64,000 nucleotides of DNA from an uncultured Aminicenantes bacterium (lineage in GTDB: Bacteria > Acidobacteriota > Aminicenantia > UBA2199). Below are positions 17,727 to 28,003 of the stretch, one piece after another (positions within the stretch are counted from its first letter, which is position 1; each line of letters starts with the position of its first letter). The stretch covers positions 74,882 to 138,881 of the forward strand of contig CBDAFS010000039.1 in assembly GCA_965195285.1 (NCBI GenBank), written 5' to 3'. The notes beneath the pieces were generated by a model that saw only the letters and a list, made by a program, of their open reading frames with translations, ran no database searches and was not told the origin of the DNA. The position numbers and the translations under genes are program-made.

Positions 17727-18671
17727 ATGTCAAACATAGGCGTTTATATTGAGTTAAGAGGAGACGAGTTCAAAAAAGCAAACCGTGAAGCCCTTGGTCT
17801 GGCGAGATCAAGTGGAAAAGATGTATATGCAATTATTTTTACCAGAGACATCTCAGCCTATGAGAATGAATTCAAAGGAATACCCAAAGTCATTCAAATA
17901 AAAAATGAGAACTTGACCTATCAACCGGATGTATATGCAGCAACCATTGCCAACATAATGAAGGAACATCAATTAAACGACCTTTTAGGGGTTGCTTCCG
18001 CTCAGGGAAAGGATTTATTCCCTCGCATTGCAGCCAATACCGATGGCAGTATCATTAATGACTGCATCGCTGTGGATTTTGATAACCATACGGTTAAAAA
18101 ACCGGTTTATGCCGGGAAACTGATATCCACTTTCAAGTTAGGCGGTGAATTCCGGATTATTACCATCAGGCCCAATGTTTTTCCTGTAAAAGAAAAAGAA
18201 TCGGACAGCCAACCGGAAGTAATCGAGACTGGTATCGTGAAAATTGAAGAAAAATCAAAAATTATCGATATAATAAAAAGTGAAACCAAAAAGATTGATT
18301 TAACCGAAGCCGAGATTATTATTTCCGGTGGAAGAGGAATGAAGTCCAAAGAGAATTTTAAAATACTGCAAGAGGTGGCCGAAGTCCTGAATGCCGGTGT
18401 GGGGGCATCCCGCGCAGCAGTTGATTCCGACTATGCCACTCCGGATATGCAGGTCGGGCAAACCGGAAAAGTGGTAAACCCAAAACTCTATATTGCCTGC
18501 GGTATATCGGGAGCCATTCAGCACTTTGTTGGCATGAAAACATCTAAATTCATTGTGGCCATAAACAAGGATCCGGAAGCACCCATATTCAAAAAAGCGG
18601 ATTACGGCATTGTTGCCGATCTGTTTAAAGCCGTTCCCCTGCTGAAAGAAGAGCTGGAGAAAATTCTATAG
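17727..18671 (+). CDS. etfA: electron transfer flavoprotein alpha subunit
   Basis: SGGRG, GASRAAVD, QVGQTGK, GISGAIQH, AINKD. Confidence 0.96.
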   Translation: MSNIGVYIELRGDEFKKANREALGLARSSGKDVYAIIFTRDISAYENEFKGIPKVIQIKNENLTYQPDVYAATIANIMKEHQLNDLLGVASAQGKDLFPRIAANTDGSIINDCIAVDFDNHTVKKPVYAGKLISTFKLGGEFRIITIRPNVFPVKEKESDSQPEVIETGIVKIEEKSKIIDIIKSETKKIDLTEAEIIISGGRGMKSKENFKILQEVAEVLNAGVGASRAAVDSDYATPDMQVGQTGKVVNPKLYIACGISGAIQHFVGMKTSKFIVAINKDPEAPIFKKADYGIVADLFKAVPLLKEELEKIL

Positions 18672-18704
18672 ATTGATTTCTGTCTGCGACTGATTTAGGA
18701 AAAA

Positions 18705-18776
18705 GTAACCGGTATCAGTTATAAAAAAAGGTAAAAAGGTGGGAGACATATTGAAAGGAAAACTGATACCGGTTAC
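18705..18776. terminator. perfect 16-bp inverted repeat with 40-nt loop; T-tract follows on the minus strand
   Basis: GTAACCGGTATCAGTT (18705-18720) and AACTGATACCGGTTAC (18761-18776). Confidence 0.6.
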
Positions 18777-18794
18777 GGATATACATCCAAACCT

Positions 18795-19350
18795 TCAGGG
18801 AAATGTAAAATTCCGACCCCCACTATCAATATAAAGCTTGCAGGAATCATATTGCCTATAGCCGAATAAGGTATGAATACTGATATAGGGGGTTCCGTTC
18901 ATGGCTAATGATTCATGAAATTCCAGCCAGTTCATATGATGTTGACCATTGCTGGCACCCTCGGGGAAAAAAGCCCCCCCCTGGTAGCCAAAGCCGGTTT
19001 TATTGCGGTTTGACAACTCGGTTTGATACAACTCATGCCATTGGAACCATAATGATATAAACCGGGTAGTACAGGCCATTTCAATTAGATTCTTATCCAT
19101 TTAAACAAGTCCCATGTCCCCAGAAGATGCCACGCCCAGTGCCAGTGTTACTTTCAATGATATGGCAGGAATATGTTGCAACATCTGGCACTGGTGTGGC
19201 TGTATAAGAAGGGTATTTTGAAAATTGGCAATTCAACAACCCATCCAAACCTGATTCCGGGGCACTAAGCCTACCATTTGCCAATAATGTATTAGCAATT
19301 ATGCTTCCAATAATTTCAAGTTTGAAAACATCTATAATAAATGATTTCAA
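18795..19350 (-). pseudogene. possible frameshifted remnant of an outer-membrane beta-barrel gene (two overlapping short ORFs)
   Basis: ORFs 19093..19350 and 18795..19100 overlap; Gly/aromatic strand-like segments GFGYQGG, PYISIHTLFGYRQ, GGRNFTF; no clear start. Confidence 0.25.
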
Positions 19351-19617
19351 GATTCTTCTTTTTTTATGACTTTTTTAACTGTTCCATATTGAAACACTTT
19401 TCTAAAGTTTTTTTGCTTTTATGACTATATACCTTTCAATTGAACCGGGATCCAATTGTAATGGTTTGAAACACCATTTTTCATTAAAATGAAATCACCT
19501 CATTGACAAACGATTTCAGGATCTTAAAGAGTGTACTGAAACGGGACGATCCCCTTAAAATGGACTTTTTGCTTAGAACAAAATTCAAACTTTATTTATT
19601 CAGAAAAAACAGAAATT

Positions 19618-20205
19618 TTAATAAAAAACAGATGATACGACTTTGTGTTTGTATTTCTGGTTATTGTGAAGGTAACCATTGTTATATAGATGCAAAGTCT
19701 TCAACAGATCTCCCCTGGCTTCATCATAATATCTCTTCAGAATTTGCATTCCCAAATCAATATTATATTCAATATTAAAAATCCGTAGATTATCAATGTC
19801 CAATTCTTCCTTCCACACCGAGTAATTCACCTGCATCAGGCCATAGGCTCCTTTTGAAGATTTAGCCCGGGGTTTGAAATTGCTCTCAATCTGAATTAAA
19901 CTCAAAATCAAATTGGGATTGAAACCGTATTCCTTACTTTTATAGTAAACCACATCTACAATTTTGGAGAAAACCGAGTATTTTTTCCGGACCACCTTAT
20001 CTCTGTAGATTAAAAAATCAACTTTCTCCATCTGAACTTGATGGGTATGCATTTTCTGTTTCATTTTATCAAGCCGGATATTCAGTATTTCAATTTCCTT
20101 TTTTCTGTGTTTATTTTCAACCGATACATTAAGCAGGTTTGCCGTCAATATGGCTACAATCAAGGTTGAAGATATTAATATAAATATTGTTTTTTTTAAA
20201 TTCAT
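19618..20205 (-). CDS. SLT-domain lytic transglycosylase with N-terminal anchor and coiled coil
   Basis: IQIESNFKPRAKS, GAYGLMQV, YNIDLG...L, LYNNG; GAGGGG RBS before ATG 20205. Confidence 0.9.
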   Translation of the reverse strand: MNLKKTIFILISSTLIVAILTANLLNVSVENKHRKKEIEILNIRLDKMKQKMHTHQVQMEKVDFLIYRDKVVRKKYSVFSKIVDVVYYKSKEYGFNPNLILSLIQIESNFKPRAKSSKGAYGLMQVNYSVWKEELDIDNLRIFNIEYNIDLGMQILKRYYDEARGDLLKTLHLYNNGYLHNNQKYKHKVVSSVFY

Positions 20206-20217
20206 TTTTCTACCCCT

Positions 20218-20264
20218 CAACTATATATTGTGTATATACTATCATAAAACACTATATATGTCAA
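20218..20264 (-). promoter_or_regulatory. promoter overlapped by tandem NrdR-like boxes
   Basis: CAACTATATATTGTGT (20218-20233) and ACACTATATATGTCAA (20249-20264), 31 bp apart; minus-strand TTGACA-N17-TAGTAT with TGn. Confidence 0.65.
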
Positions 20265-20355
20265 TTTATTTTAATTTTTTTAAAGCCTGAATTCTATCAG
20301 TCAAAGGCTGTTTGTGTCAAGCCAATAACTCCAATAAATTGACCTGAAATTAACC

Positions 20356-20384
20356 TTGATTTTTGTGATGGTTGCCTTTACAAT
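20356..20384 (+). promoter_or_regulatory. putative sigma70 promoter of purH
   Basis: TTGATT-N17-TACAAT. Confidence 0.5.
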
Positions 20385-20459
20385 ACGTTCAGAATGAACA
20401 AATTACTCAGGCTTAAAAACGAAATATGATTTATTACAACCTATCGATAAGGAGTATAC

Positions 20460-21980
20460 ATGAATATTGCCCTAATAAGTGTTTATCATAAAAAAGGTAT
20501 CGAGACGGTGGCACAAAAATTGAAAGATAAGGGATGGAAAATCATTTCCACCGGAGGAACCGCTGAATATCTGAAGAAACATCATGTCGATGTGATCGAA
20601 ATATCCGATTTGACCCAATTTCCGGAAATCCTGGACGGCCGGGTAAAAACCCTGCACCCGCTTGTTTTTGCACCGATTCTGGCTAAAAAAATCGATCATC
20701 ACTTGCAGCAACTTAAACAGCTGGATACATCAAAAATCGATCTGGTTATGGTCAATTTCTATCCCTTTGAAGATGCCCTGATAGAAAAACAAAAAGGAAT
20801 CGATTATATGGTTGAAAATATCGATATCGGGGGTCCTTCAATGGTCAGGGCAGCGGCAAAGAATTTTATGGCCACCATTGTTGTTGTGGACCAGGAAGAT
20901 TACCTACCCGTGGTTGAACAATTAATCATGGATGACGATATCACGACCGATCATCGCAAGGCCCTGGCTCAGAAGGCATTTGCCTATTGTTCATTCTATG
21001 ATTCACTGATTGCCCGATACCTTGATGACGGTTCAGAGTTTTTCCCCCCCTATTTTACCCTGGGAGGCCGCAATAAACTCAAGCTCAGATACGGAGAAAA
21101 TCCGCATCAAAATGCATCTCTTTATATTCGGGATAAGAATTCTCCGATGGGGAACTTCCTCAAAATCCAGGGTAAAGAACTTTCCTTTAACAATATCCTG
21201 GATCTTTCCATGGTTTACGAAGTGTTGAATCATTTTCAGGATGAGGAAAGCTTTTGCACAATTGTCAAGCACCAGAATCCCTGTGGGGCTGCCCAGGATC
21301 CACAACAAAGGCAGGCATTTAAAAAGGCCTTTTCAGGAGATTCAAAATCAGCCTTTGGCGGTATTGTCGGCTTCAACAATACCCTGAATAAAGATACTGC
21401 AGAGGAAATGAGCAAAATCTTTTTTGAAGTGATTATAGCCCCGGATTTCTCCGAAGAGGCCTTGGCTATTTTAAGAAAGAAGAAAAATCTCAGGGTGATA
21501 AAAATGTCGCCTGGCTATACAGAATTGCTGGATATGAAAACCATCCCCGGTGGATTTTTACTGCAGAAAAAAGATATTGATCTGAAAGATTCGAAACATT
21601 TTGAATTAAAAACATCCAGAAAACTACAAAAGGGTGAAAGGTCAGATGTGGCTTTTGGCTGGAAATTAATAAAGTTTGTAAAATCAAACGGGATTATCCT
21701 GGTGAAGGGCCACATGTTGATCGGTGTGGGAGCCGGACAGATGAGCCGGGTGGATGCCGTGGATCTTGCCATTCGAAAAAGTCAATTTCCTTGCGAAGGA
21801 GCGGTTCTCCTATCCGATGCCTTTTTTCCATTCGCCGATTCCATAGAGATAGCCGCCAGGGAAAAAATCCGGGTTGTCGTGGAACCGGGTGGATCTATAC
21901 GGGATAACGAAGTTATCGAGGCAGCAGAAAAAAACAGCATTTCACTTCTGTTTACCGGGATGCGACATTTCAGACATTAA
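20460..21980 (+). CDS. purH: bifunctional AICAR transformylase/IMP cyclohydrolase
   Basis: STGGT, GRVKTLHP, IDIGGPSMVRAAAKN, RYGENPHQ, SDAFFPF, TGMRHFRH. Confidence 0.98.
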   Translation: MNIALISVYHKKGIETVAQKLKDKGWKIISTGGTAEYLKKHHVDVIEISDLTQFPEILDGRVKTLHPLVFAPILAKKIDHHLQQLKQLDTSKIDLVMVNFYPFEDALIEKQKGIDYMVENIDIGGPSMVRAAAKNFMATIVVVDQEDYLPVVEQLIMDDDITTDHRKALAQKAFAYCSFYDSLIARYLDDGSEFFPPYFTLGGRNKLKLRYGENPHQNASLYIRDKNSPMGNFLKIQGKELSFNNILDLSMVYEVLNHFQDEESFCTIVKHQNPCGAAQDPQQRQAFKKAFSGDSKSAFGGIVGFNNTLNKDTAEEMSKIFFEVIIAPDFSEEALAILRKKKNLRVIKMSPGYTELLDMKTIPGGFLLQKKDIDLKDSKHFELKTSRKLQKGERSDVAFGWKLIKFVKSNGIILVKGHMLIGVGAGQMSRVDAVDLAIRKSQFPCEGAVLLSDAFFPFADSIEIAAREKIRVVVEPGGSIRDNEVIEAAEKNSISLLFTGMRHFRH

Positions 21981-22020
21981 TCAATCCACATAAGGGATCG
22001 TTAAAACATTGATGGAAAAG

Positions 22021-22599
22021 TTATTGGTTGGAATAAATTTGGATGTCGATTTTTTTTAACATCTGCATAATCATATGCAGAGGTAATCCCATTACATTGA
22101 AATAACAACCATTTATTTTTTTTACAAAAACCGATGCCCTACCCTGAATCGCATAAGCTCCGGCCTTGTCCAAATATTGCTCATGATCAAGATAGTATTC
22201 AATTTCAGAATGGGAAATCTTCTCAAAATACACGTTGGTCCGCTGGTAATCAAAATAAATTTTTTGTTGATAAAGAATGGAAATACCGGTCCACACCTCA
22301 TGCATTTGATCGGAAAGGGAGGCCAACATGGTGGTGGCATGCCTTCGATCAACCGGTTTTCCCAGAATCTTATCATGCAAAAGAACAATGGTATCGGCGC
22401 TGAATATAACTGAATTCAAATAGGTATTCCGGTAAATACTCCAGGCTTTCTCAGCTGTGATCCTTTCCAGGAACTTTTCCAGGGATTCTCCATCAATTAA
22501 ATTTTCCTTTATATCCGGAGAGATCACCAGGGGATCAATACCAACCAAATTCAAAAGCTCTTTTCTCCGGGGTGAAGAAGAAGCCAAAATGAAATCCAT
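22021..22599 (-). CDS. maf: Maf/YhdE nucleoside triphosphate pyrophosphatase
   Basis: ILASSSPRRKELL, ADTIV, LGKP, DKAGAYAIQG, NVMGLP; GGAGGAG RBS before ATG 22599. Confidence 0.94.
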   Translation of the reverse strand: MDFILASSSPRRKELLNLVGIDPLVISPDIKENLIDGESLEKFLERITAEKAWSIYRNTYLNSVIFSADTIVLLHDKILGKPVDRRHATTMLASLSDQMHEVWTGISILYQQKIYFDYQRTNVYFEKISHSEIEYYLDHEQYLDKAGAYAIQGRASVFVKKINGCYFNVMGLPLHMIMQMLKKIDIQIYSNQ

Positions 22600-22619
22600 A
22601 TTTCTCACTCTCCTCCGGC

Positions 22620-24014
22620 TCAAACTTTTAAATTGAATTTGCTGATCAGGTACCGTAAAGAACGGTAACTTATATTTAACATTTCAGCGGTCATTTTCAG
22701 ATGGGAATGATTTTTTTCCAATGCTTTGACAAGAACCTGTTGACTGATTTTATCCATATATTCAGTATAATCGAAATCACTTTCAGTCAGTAAGGAATCA
22801 ATACTGTCTTCGGACATGACACTTTCGGTTATGTTGTATACCAATTCTTTGGGCAATGATTTTGTGGTGATAACATTTTCTTTCTCCAGAGCCACTGACC
22901 TCTCTATAAAATTCTCCAGTTCTCTGACATTTCCCGGCCAGGGATACTTAATGAACAGATCAATCACTTCCCGCTCATATCCCTCAATCCGTTTGTTAAA
23001 CCTTTTGTTCAGGTTATTTAAAATATTATGCATTAACAAAGGGATATCATCCTTTCTGTCCTTCAGAGGCGGGATATTGATGGATATGACATTCAGGCGA
23101 TAAAATAAATCGGAGCGGAACTTACCCTTGGTCATGCTGTCCAACAAATCCTTATTGGTCGCCGATATAATCCGGACATCAATGGCAATCTCATTGTTGC
23201 TTCCGACTCTTCTTATTGTCCTTTCCTGAATAGCTCGTAGGAGTTTCACCTGCATGGGTTGAGGCATTTCGCCGATTTCATCCAAAAATAAAGTGCCCTT
23301 ATCCGCTACTTCAAACAATCCAGTCTTGTCCCGATAGGCATCTGTGAATGCTCCCTTTGAATGTCCAAATAATTCGCTCTCCAGTAAATTTTCTGGCAAG
23401 GCCCCACAGTTAATTGACACAAAGTCATTTTGGGCACGGGGACCTTTATTATGAATGGCCCTGGCAATTAATTCCTTTCCGGTTCCGCTCTCACCACTTA
23501 TAAGAACTGTTGAATCGGTCTGGGAAATGGTATCGATCAAATCAAATATCTTCAGCATTTTGGAATTTTTGCCAACAATATTTTCGAATTTTTCTTTTTC
23601 CGTTAACTTTGATTTGAGTTCAATGTTTTCCTTTTCAATGGTTTTTCTGTAAATCGACTTATTGATGATGATTTTCAACTCATCCAGGTTGAACGGTTTG
23701 ATGATATAATCCTCAGCCCCCAACTTCATGGCTTCAACCGCATCATTTGTACTGGCAAATCCAGTGATCATGATAACCGGGATTTCCTGATCAATCGACT
23801 TTACTTTACGCAACAGTTCAATACCGCTGATTTCCGGCATTTTGATGTCTGAAATGATCAAATCGATCATTTCTTTTTTTAATTTTTTCAAGGCGACAAT
23901 GGCGCTCTCTACCGCAATCACTTCATAACCCTCATTCTTCAATACAATTGATAACATATTGCGGATACTGTGATCATCATCAATGATCAAAACCTTTATC
24001 CCTTTATCCTGCAT
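22620..24014 (-). CDS. pilR: sigma54-dependent response regulator (PilR/NtrC family)
   Basis: Receiver domain, GESGTGKE, GAFTD loop, WPGNVREL, C-terminal HTH; follows pilS-like gene. Confidence 0.88.
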   Translation of the reverse strand: MQDKGIKVLIIDDDHSIRNMLSIVLKNEGYEVIAVESAIVALKKLKKEMIDLIISDIKMPEISGIELLRKVKSIDQEIPVIMITGFASTNDAVEAMKLGAEDYIIKPFNLDELKIIINKSIYRKTIEKENIELKSKLTEKEKFENIVGKNSKMLKIFDLIDTISQTDSTVLISGESGTGKELIARAIHNKGPRAQNDFVSINCGALPENLLESELFGHSKGAFTDAYRDKTGLFEVADKGTLFLDEIGEMPQPMQVKLLRAIQERTIRRVGSNNEIAIDVRIISATNKDLLDSMTKGKFRSDLFYRLNVISINIPPLKDRKDDIPLLMHNILNNLNKRFNKRIEGYEREVIDLFIKYPWPGNVRELENFIERSVALEKENVITTKSLPKELVYNITESVMSEDSIDSLLTESDFDYTEYMDKISQQVLVKALEKNHSHLKMTAEMLNISYRSLRYLISKFNLKV

Positions 24015-25617
24015 GCCTTTTCCCCTTCTCCTGTTTGTTAAAATGGATGATCACTTCGGTTCCAATATTTTTCTCGGAATTGATTTCAATTCCAAAGCCA
24101 TGATCTTCGACAATCCTGTGTACAATAGCCATTCCCAGGCCAATACCGGAAGTGAATTTGGAATAGAACGGAGTAAATACTTTACTCATTTCACTTTTAT
24201 CCATGCCACGGCCGTTATCTTTTATCGATAGGATCAGATGGTCCGTTTTATCATAAACATTCACTTCGACAATACCGTTGCCATTAACCGCCTTGACCGC
24301 ATTGCTAAACAAATTCCAAAACAGTTGTTTGATTTGTTCGGAATCAGCCATCACCATTTCCTGTTTGCCATATTTTTGGATGAATTTTACTTCCTTATGA
24401 TTGATCCGGAGTAATTTTGTGATATCATCAATGATTTCAGATAGGTTGATTTGAGTTTTTTTCAAAGGAGTTACTTTGGCAAATTCAAGAAATTCTTCAA
24501 CGGATTTCGAAAGACGGTTTGACTCGGTAATGATGATATCCATCAGGTTCCTATATTCACTTCCCAGTTTGAGTTTTTTCTGAAGAAATTGAACAGAGCC
24601 CGATATTGAAGCGAGGGGATTTCGTATTTCATGGGCAATACCGGCAGCCATTTCGCCAATAATGGCAAAATTTTCCTTTTTTTGCAATGCATGCTCAATC
24701 TCTTTCGTCTTGGTTAAATCCATAATGATAAAGACAAATATTTTATTGAAAGAATAAATATTCCTTAACATTGATACCGAAATACCCAGGATAAACCTGT
24801 TTGTCTTTTTCTCAAAATAATATTTATGATGAGATTCGGTTATCCCCTTCAGTTCCTGTTGATCATGCGCTGATAATAATATCTTAAAAATGTTACTCTT
24901 GCTGTTGAGATTTAAAAGCTTTTTGGATTTTTCATTATAAGATATGATCCTCCCACGGACATCACAGATAAAAAATCCATTCTCCATTTTTTCCATGACG
25001 GCATTGTTGATCAAAACCAAATCCTTTAAATTCTCCTGTATGTTCTTCAATTCCTCATCTGTTTTTTTGATTTTGTCAAAATAATAAGAAGCAATTATGG
25101 CCACAGCCGAAAAGGCAATGAAACTCATCAACAGATTATAAATAAAGCTGCTAAATGATATGTCAGGTAAATAATTTCCTGAATAAAACGGAATAATCTT
25201 CAGGTACATAAAGTCTGATAAAATTCCAAAAATGATGAAAGACAACGTGGCAATATACAAGGTGTCTCTCTTGGTCAAAAATATGGCTGAGGTAATAATG
25301 GGCAAGATATAGAGAAAATAAAAAGGGCTGATGATTCCTCCTGAAAGATAAACCAGGAGGGTGATAACCAGGATATCGATAAAGAGTTGAAGATAGATAT
25401 TAAATCTGAAATTCAAGTATTTGAATAAAGGGAAATAGGAAATGGCAAATAACACGGCAACAAACAGTGAAATAATGATGGGGAATATTTGAGAAGGGTA
25501 TTCGGTAAAATTCAGTAAAAATAAAGATATGAGAGCCAGAGCGGAAAGAATAGTGATGCGGATAGAATTCAGAAATAAGAATCTTCTTCTTAAGCTTTTA
25601 TCTTTTAAAAAAATCAA
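24004..25617 (-). CDS. pilS: membrane sensor histidine kinase (PilS family)
   Basis: About six TM helices, PAS-like region, AHEIRNPL, NAVKA, DNGRG, GIGLG; downstream of pilC. Confidence 0.85.
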   Translation of the reverse strand: MIFLKDKSLRRRFLFLNSIRITILSALALISLFLLNFTEYPSQIFPIIISLFVAVLFAISYFPLFKYLNFRFNIYLQLFIDILVITLLVYLSGGIISPFYFLYILPIITSAIFLTKRDTLYIATLSFIIFGILSDFMYLKIIPFYSGNYLPDISFSSFIYNLLMSFIAFSAVAIIASYYFDKIKKTDEELKNIQENLKDLVLINNAVMEKMENGFFICDVRGRIISYNEKSKKLLNLNSKSNIFKILLSAHDQQELKGITESHHKYYFEKKTNRFILGISVSMLRNIYSFNKIFVFIIMDLTKTKEIEHALQKKENFAIIGEMAAGIAHEIRNPLASISGSVQFLQKKLKLGSEYRNLMDIIITESNRLSKSVEEFLEFAKVTPLKKTQINLSEIIDDITKLLRINHKEVKFIQKYGKQEMVMADSEQIKQLFWNLFSNAVKAVNGNGIVEVNVYDKTDHLILSIKDNGRGMDKSEMSKVFTPFYSKFTSGIGLGMAIVHRIVEDHGFGIEINSEKNIGTEVIIHFNKQEKGKRHAG

Positions 25618-25634
25618 GGCAATTAAACTCTATT

Positions 25635-26852
25635 TTACACCCTTCCGATAATATCAAACATGGGCAGATACATGGCAACAATGATCGAACCAACCAGGCC
25701 TCCCAGAATCAAAATTAAGATGGGCTCCATAACCGCAATCAGGGCTGTAACCGCTGTTTCCACTTCTTCATCATAAAAATCCGCAATTTTGCCCAGCATG
25801 GTGGAGAGTGAACCGGTTTGTTCTCCGACTGAAACCATCTGGGTAACCATAAATGGGAATATCTTGGCTTCTTCCCAGGCCTCCCACAATGGCTTTCCCT
25901 CCTGAACCGAACCCCGGCTTTTTAATACCGAGTCCTCGATAATGGCATTTCCCGAGGTCTTTGCCGTGATGGTGATGCCCTCAATGATCTCAACACCAGC
26001 ATTTAGAAGTGTTGAAAGGGTTCTGGTCACCCTGGCAACACCCAGTTTTAAGAGCAATGGTCCAAAAATCCAGAGTTTCAGTTTGATTCGATCGATCACC
26101 CTTCGCCCGCCAAAGGTGGCATAGTAAGACCGAAAAGCAAAAACTAGAATTCCAATGCCGATTAATACAAAGAAAAAATTACCCTGTAGAAATTCTGAAA
26201 TACTCATGATTACCTGGGTGGGAATTGGCAATCCTGCTCCCAATTGATCGAACATTCCCTTAAAGATCGGAACCACCTTCCAGAGTATGACCGAAGTGAT
26301 GACCACTGCCATAATTAAAACAGCAATAGGGTAAGCCATGGCGGATTTAACTTTGGCGGTTAACCTGGTCATGTTTTCAATATATTGGGATAACCTTAGC
26401 AGGATGGTATCCAAACTACCCGAAGCTTCTCCAGCCTGAATCATACTACAATATAGTTCATTAAAAATTTTCGGGTGCTTTCTGAGAGCGTTGGAAAAAT
26501 TTGACCCTGATTCCACATCTTTTCTCACCTCGGATACCACTTCCTGAAAATACTTATTCTTCTGCTGAGTGGCCAAAATCCCAAGCCCCTGGGTGATGGG
26601 TAATCCGGCATTGAACATAACTGAAAGTTGTCGGTTAAAGACCGAGAGCTCACGGAGGGTAACCTTTTTTCTCTGAAATCCTCCGGCTGAGGTAAATGGC
26701 AGCTGCATTTGAATTTTCTTCTTTTCAACACTCAGTACCTGGATGGATTCCTTTTCCAGAGTTGAGATGACCTCCTGTGGGGTCCTTGCTACCCGTTCTC
26801 CTTCGATAAGAGTTCCAGTTTTATTTTTCCCCTTGTATTTATAAATTGCCAT
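25635..26852 (-). CDS. pilC: type IV pilus inner-membrane platform protein
   Basis: RQLSVMFNAGLP, AGEASGSLD, KVKSAMAYP, VGEQTGSL, AMYLPMF. Confidence 0.95.
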   Translation of the reverse strand: MAIYKYKGKNKTGTLIEGERVARTPQEVISTLEKESIQVLSVEKKKIQMQLPFTSAGGFQRKKVTLRELSVFNRQLSVMFNAGLPITQGLGILATQQKNKYFQEVVSEVRKDVESGSNFSNALRKHPKIFNELYCSMIQAGEASGSLDTILLRLSQYIENMTRLTAKVKSAMAYPIAVLIMAVVITSVILWKVVPIFKGMFDQLGAGLPIPTQVIMSISEFLQGNFFFVLIGIGILVFAFRSYYATFGGRRVIDRIKLKLWIFGPLLLKLGVARVTRTLSTLLNAGVEIIEGITITAKTSGNAIIEDSVLKSRGSVQEGKPLWEAWEEAKIFPFMVTQMVSVGEQTGSLSTMLGKIADFYDEEVETAVTALIAVMEPILILILGGLVGSIIVAMYLPMFDIIGRV

Positions 26853-26861
26853 AATTCCCCC

Positions 26862-27992
26862 TTAAAAATTATTGGATTCGAAACTTGCCCCATAGCCATG
26901 CTTGAATTGGCTGGACAGTGAAGACGGGCCTCTCTTGATTAATTCAGCCAATTCTTCAGGATTATGGGATATCGATAAAGCCAGTTCATTGCTGATCTCT
27001 CTTTTAAAATATAGATTGGCCAGGGATTGATTGAAAGTAATCATTCCATATTTATCCTGTCCGGTTTGCATGGAAGAATATATCTGGTGGATTTTATTAT
27101 CCCTGATTAAATGACGAATGGCTGAATTGGGAATCAGAACTTCACAGGCAACACACCGTCCCCGGCCATCTGCCCGGGGCAACAGACTCTGGGTAACAAT
27201 GCCTTCCAGGTTCATGGCGAGCTGGGTTCTAACCTGATCCTGCTGATGGGGAGGAAACACATCAATGATTCGGTTGATGGTTTGTGAGGCTGAATTGGTA
27301 TGCAGGGTGGCAAAGGTTAAATGCCCGGTTTCCGCAATGGTAATTGCCGCTTGAATGGTTTCCAGATCCCTCATTTCCCCGATTAAAACTACATCGGGAT
27401 CCTCCCGGAGAACAGACCTCAAGGCAGGGCCGAAGCCCTTGGTATCAACACCTAATTCCCTCTGGTTGACAATTGCCTTTCGATGGGTATGCAAATATTC
27501 AATGGGATCTTCGATGGTAATGATATGTACCAATTTTTCCTTATTGATTTTATCGGTTAAAGACGCCAGGGTAGTGGTTTTTCCTGAACCGGTCGGACCG
27601 GTTACCAGTACCAAACCCCTGGGCCTATCGGCCAGGGTAGCCACAACCGGCGGAAGTCCGAGTTTTTCAAGTCCCCAAATTTCATAAGGTATCCTTCTGA
27701 AGGCACCGGCAACCGCTCCCCTCTGCATAAAGACATTGGCTCGGAAACGGGCAACCCCTTTAATCCCAAAGGAAAAATCCAATTCCCAATCCTCTTCGAA
27801 TTTATGTTTCTGGGTATCATTTAATATGCTATAAATCACCTGTTTGGTTTCAGCCGGACTAAGCGGGGGATGTTCAATTCTCTTGATCTTTCCATGTACT
27901 CGAATAATCGGAGCCGTATTGGTGGTAATATGGAGATCTGTACCCCCTTCATCAACCATTATTTTTAACAACTGGGGAAGCGGTAGAGCCAT
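26862..27992 (-). CDS. pilT: type IV pilus retraction ATPase
   Basis: GPTGSGKTTT, TIEDPIE, LREDPD, AETGH, TLHTNS, AIRHLIR. Confidence 0.96.
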   Translation of the reverse strand: MALPLPQLLKIMVDEGGTDLHITTNTAPIIRVHGKIKRIEHPPLSPAETKQVIYSILNDTQKHKFEEDWELDFSFGIKGVARFRANVFMQRGAVAGAFRRIPYEIWGLEKLGLPPVVATLADRPRGLVLVTGPTGSGKTTTLASLTDKINKEKLVHIITIEDPIEYLHTHRKAIVNQRELGVDTKGFGPALRSVLREDPDVVLIGEMRDLETIQAAITIAETGHLTFATLHTNSASQTINRIIDVFPPHQQDQVRTQLAMNLEGIVTQSLLPRADGRGRCVACEVLIPNSAIRHLIRDNKIHQIYSSMQTGQDKYGMITFNQSLANLYFKREISNELALSISHNPEELAELIKRGPSSLSSQFKHGYGASFESNNF

Positions 27993-28003
27993 TTATCATC
28001 TCC

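Noticed and set aside
19503-19778. 91-aa plus-strand ORF
   Set aside because: Overlaps the SLT gene on the opposite strand, TTG start, no recognisable motifs
20385-20459. ZMP/ZTP riboswitch ahead of purH
   Set aside because: Leader is short and AT-rich with no GC-rich stem or pseudoknot elements
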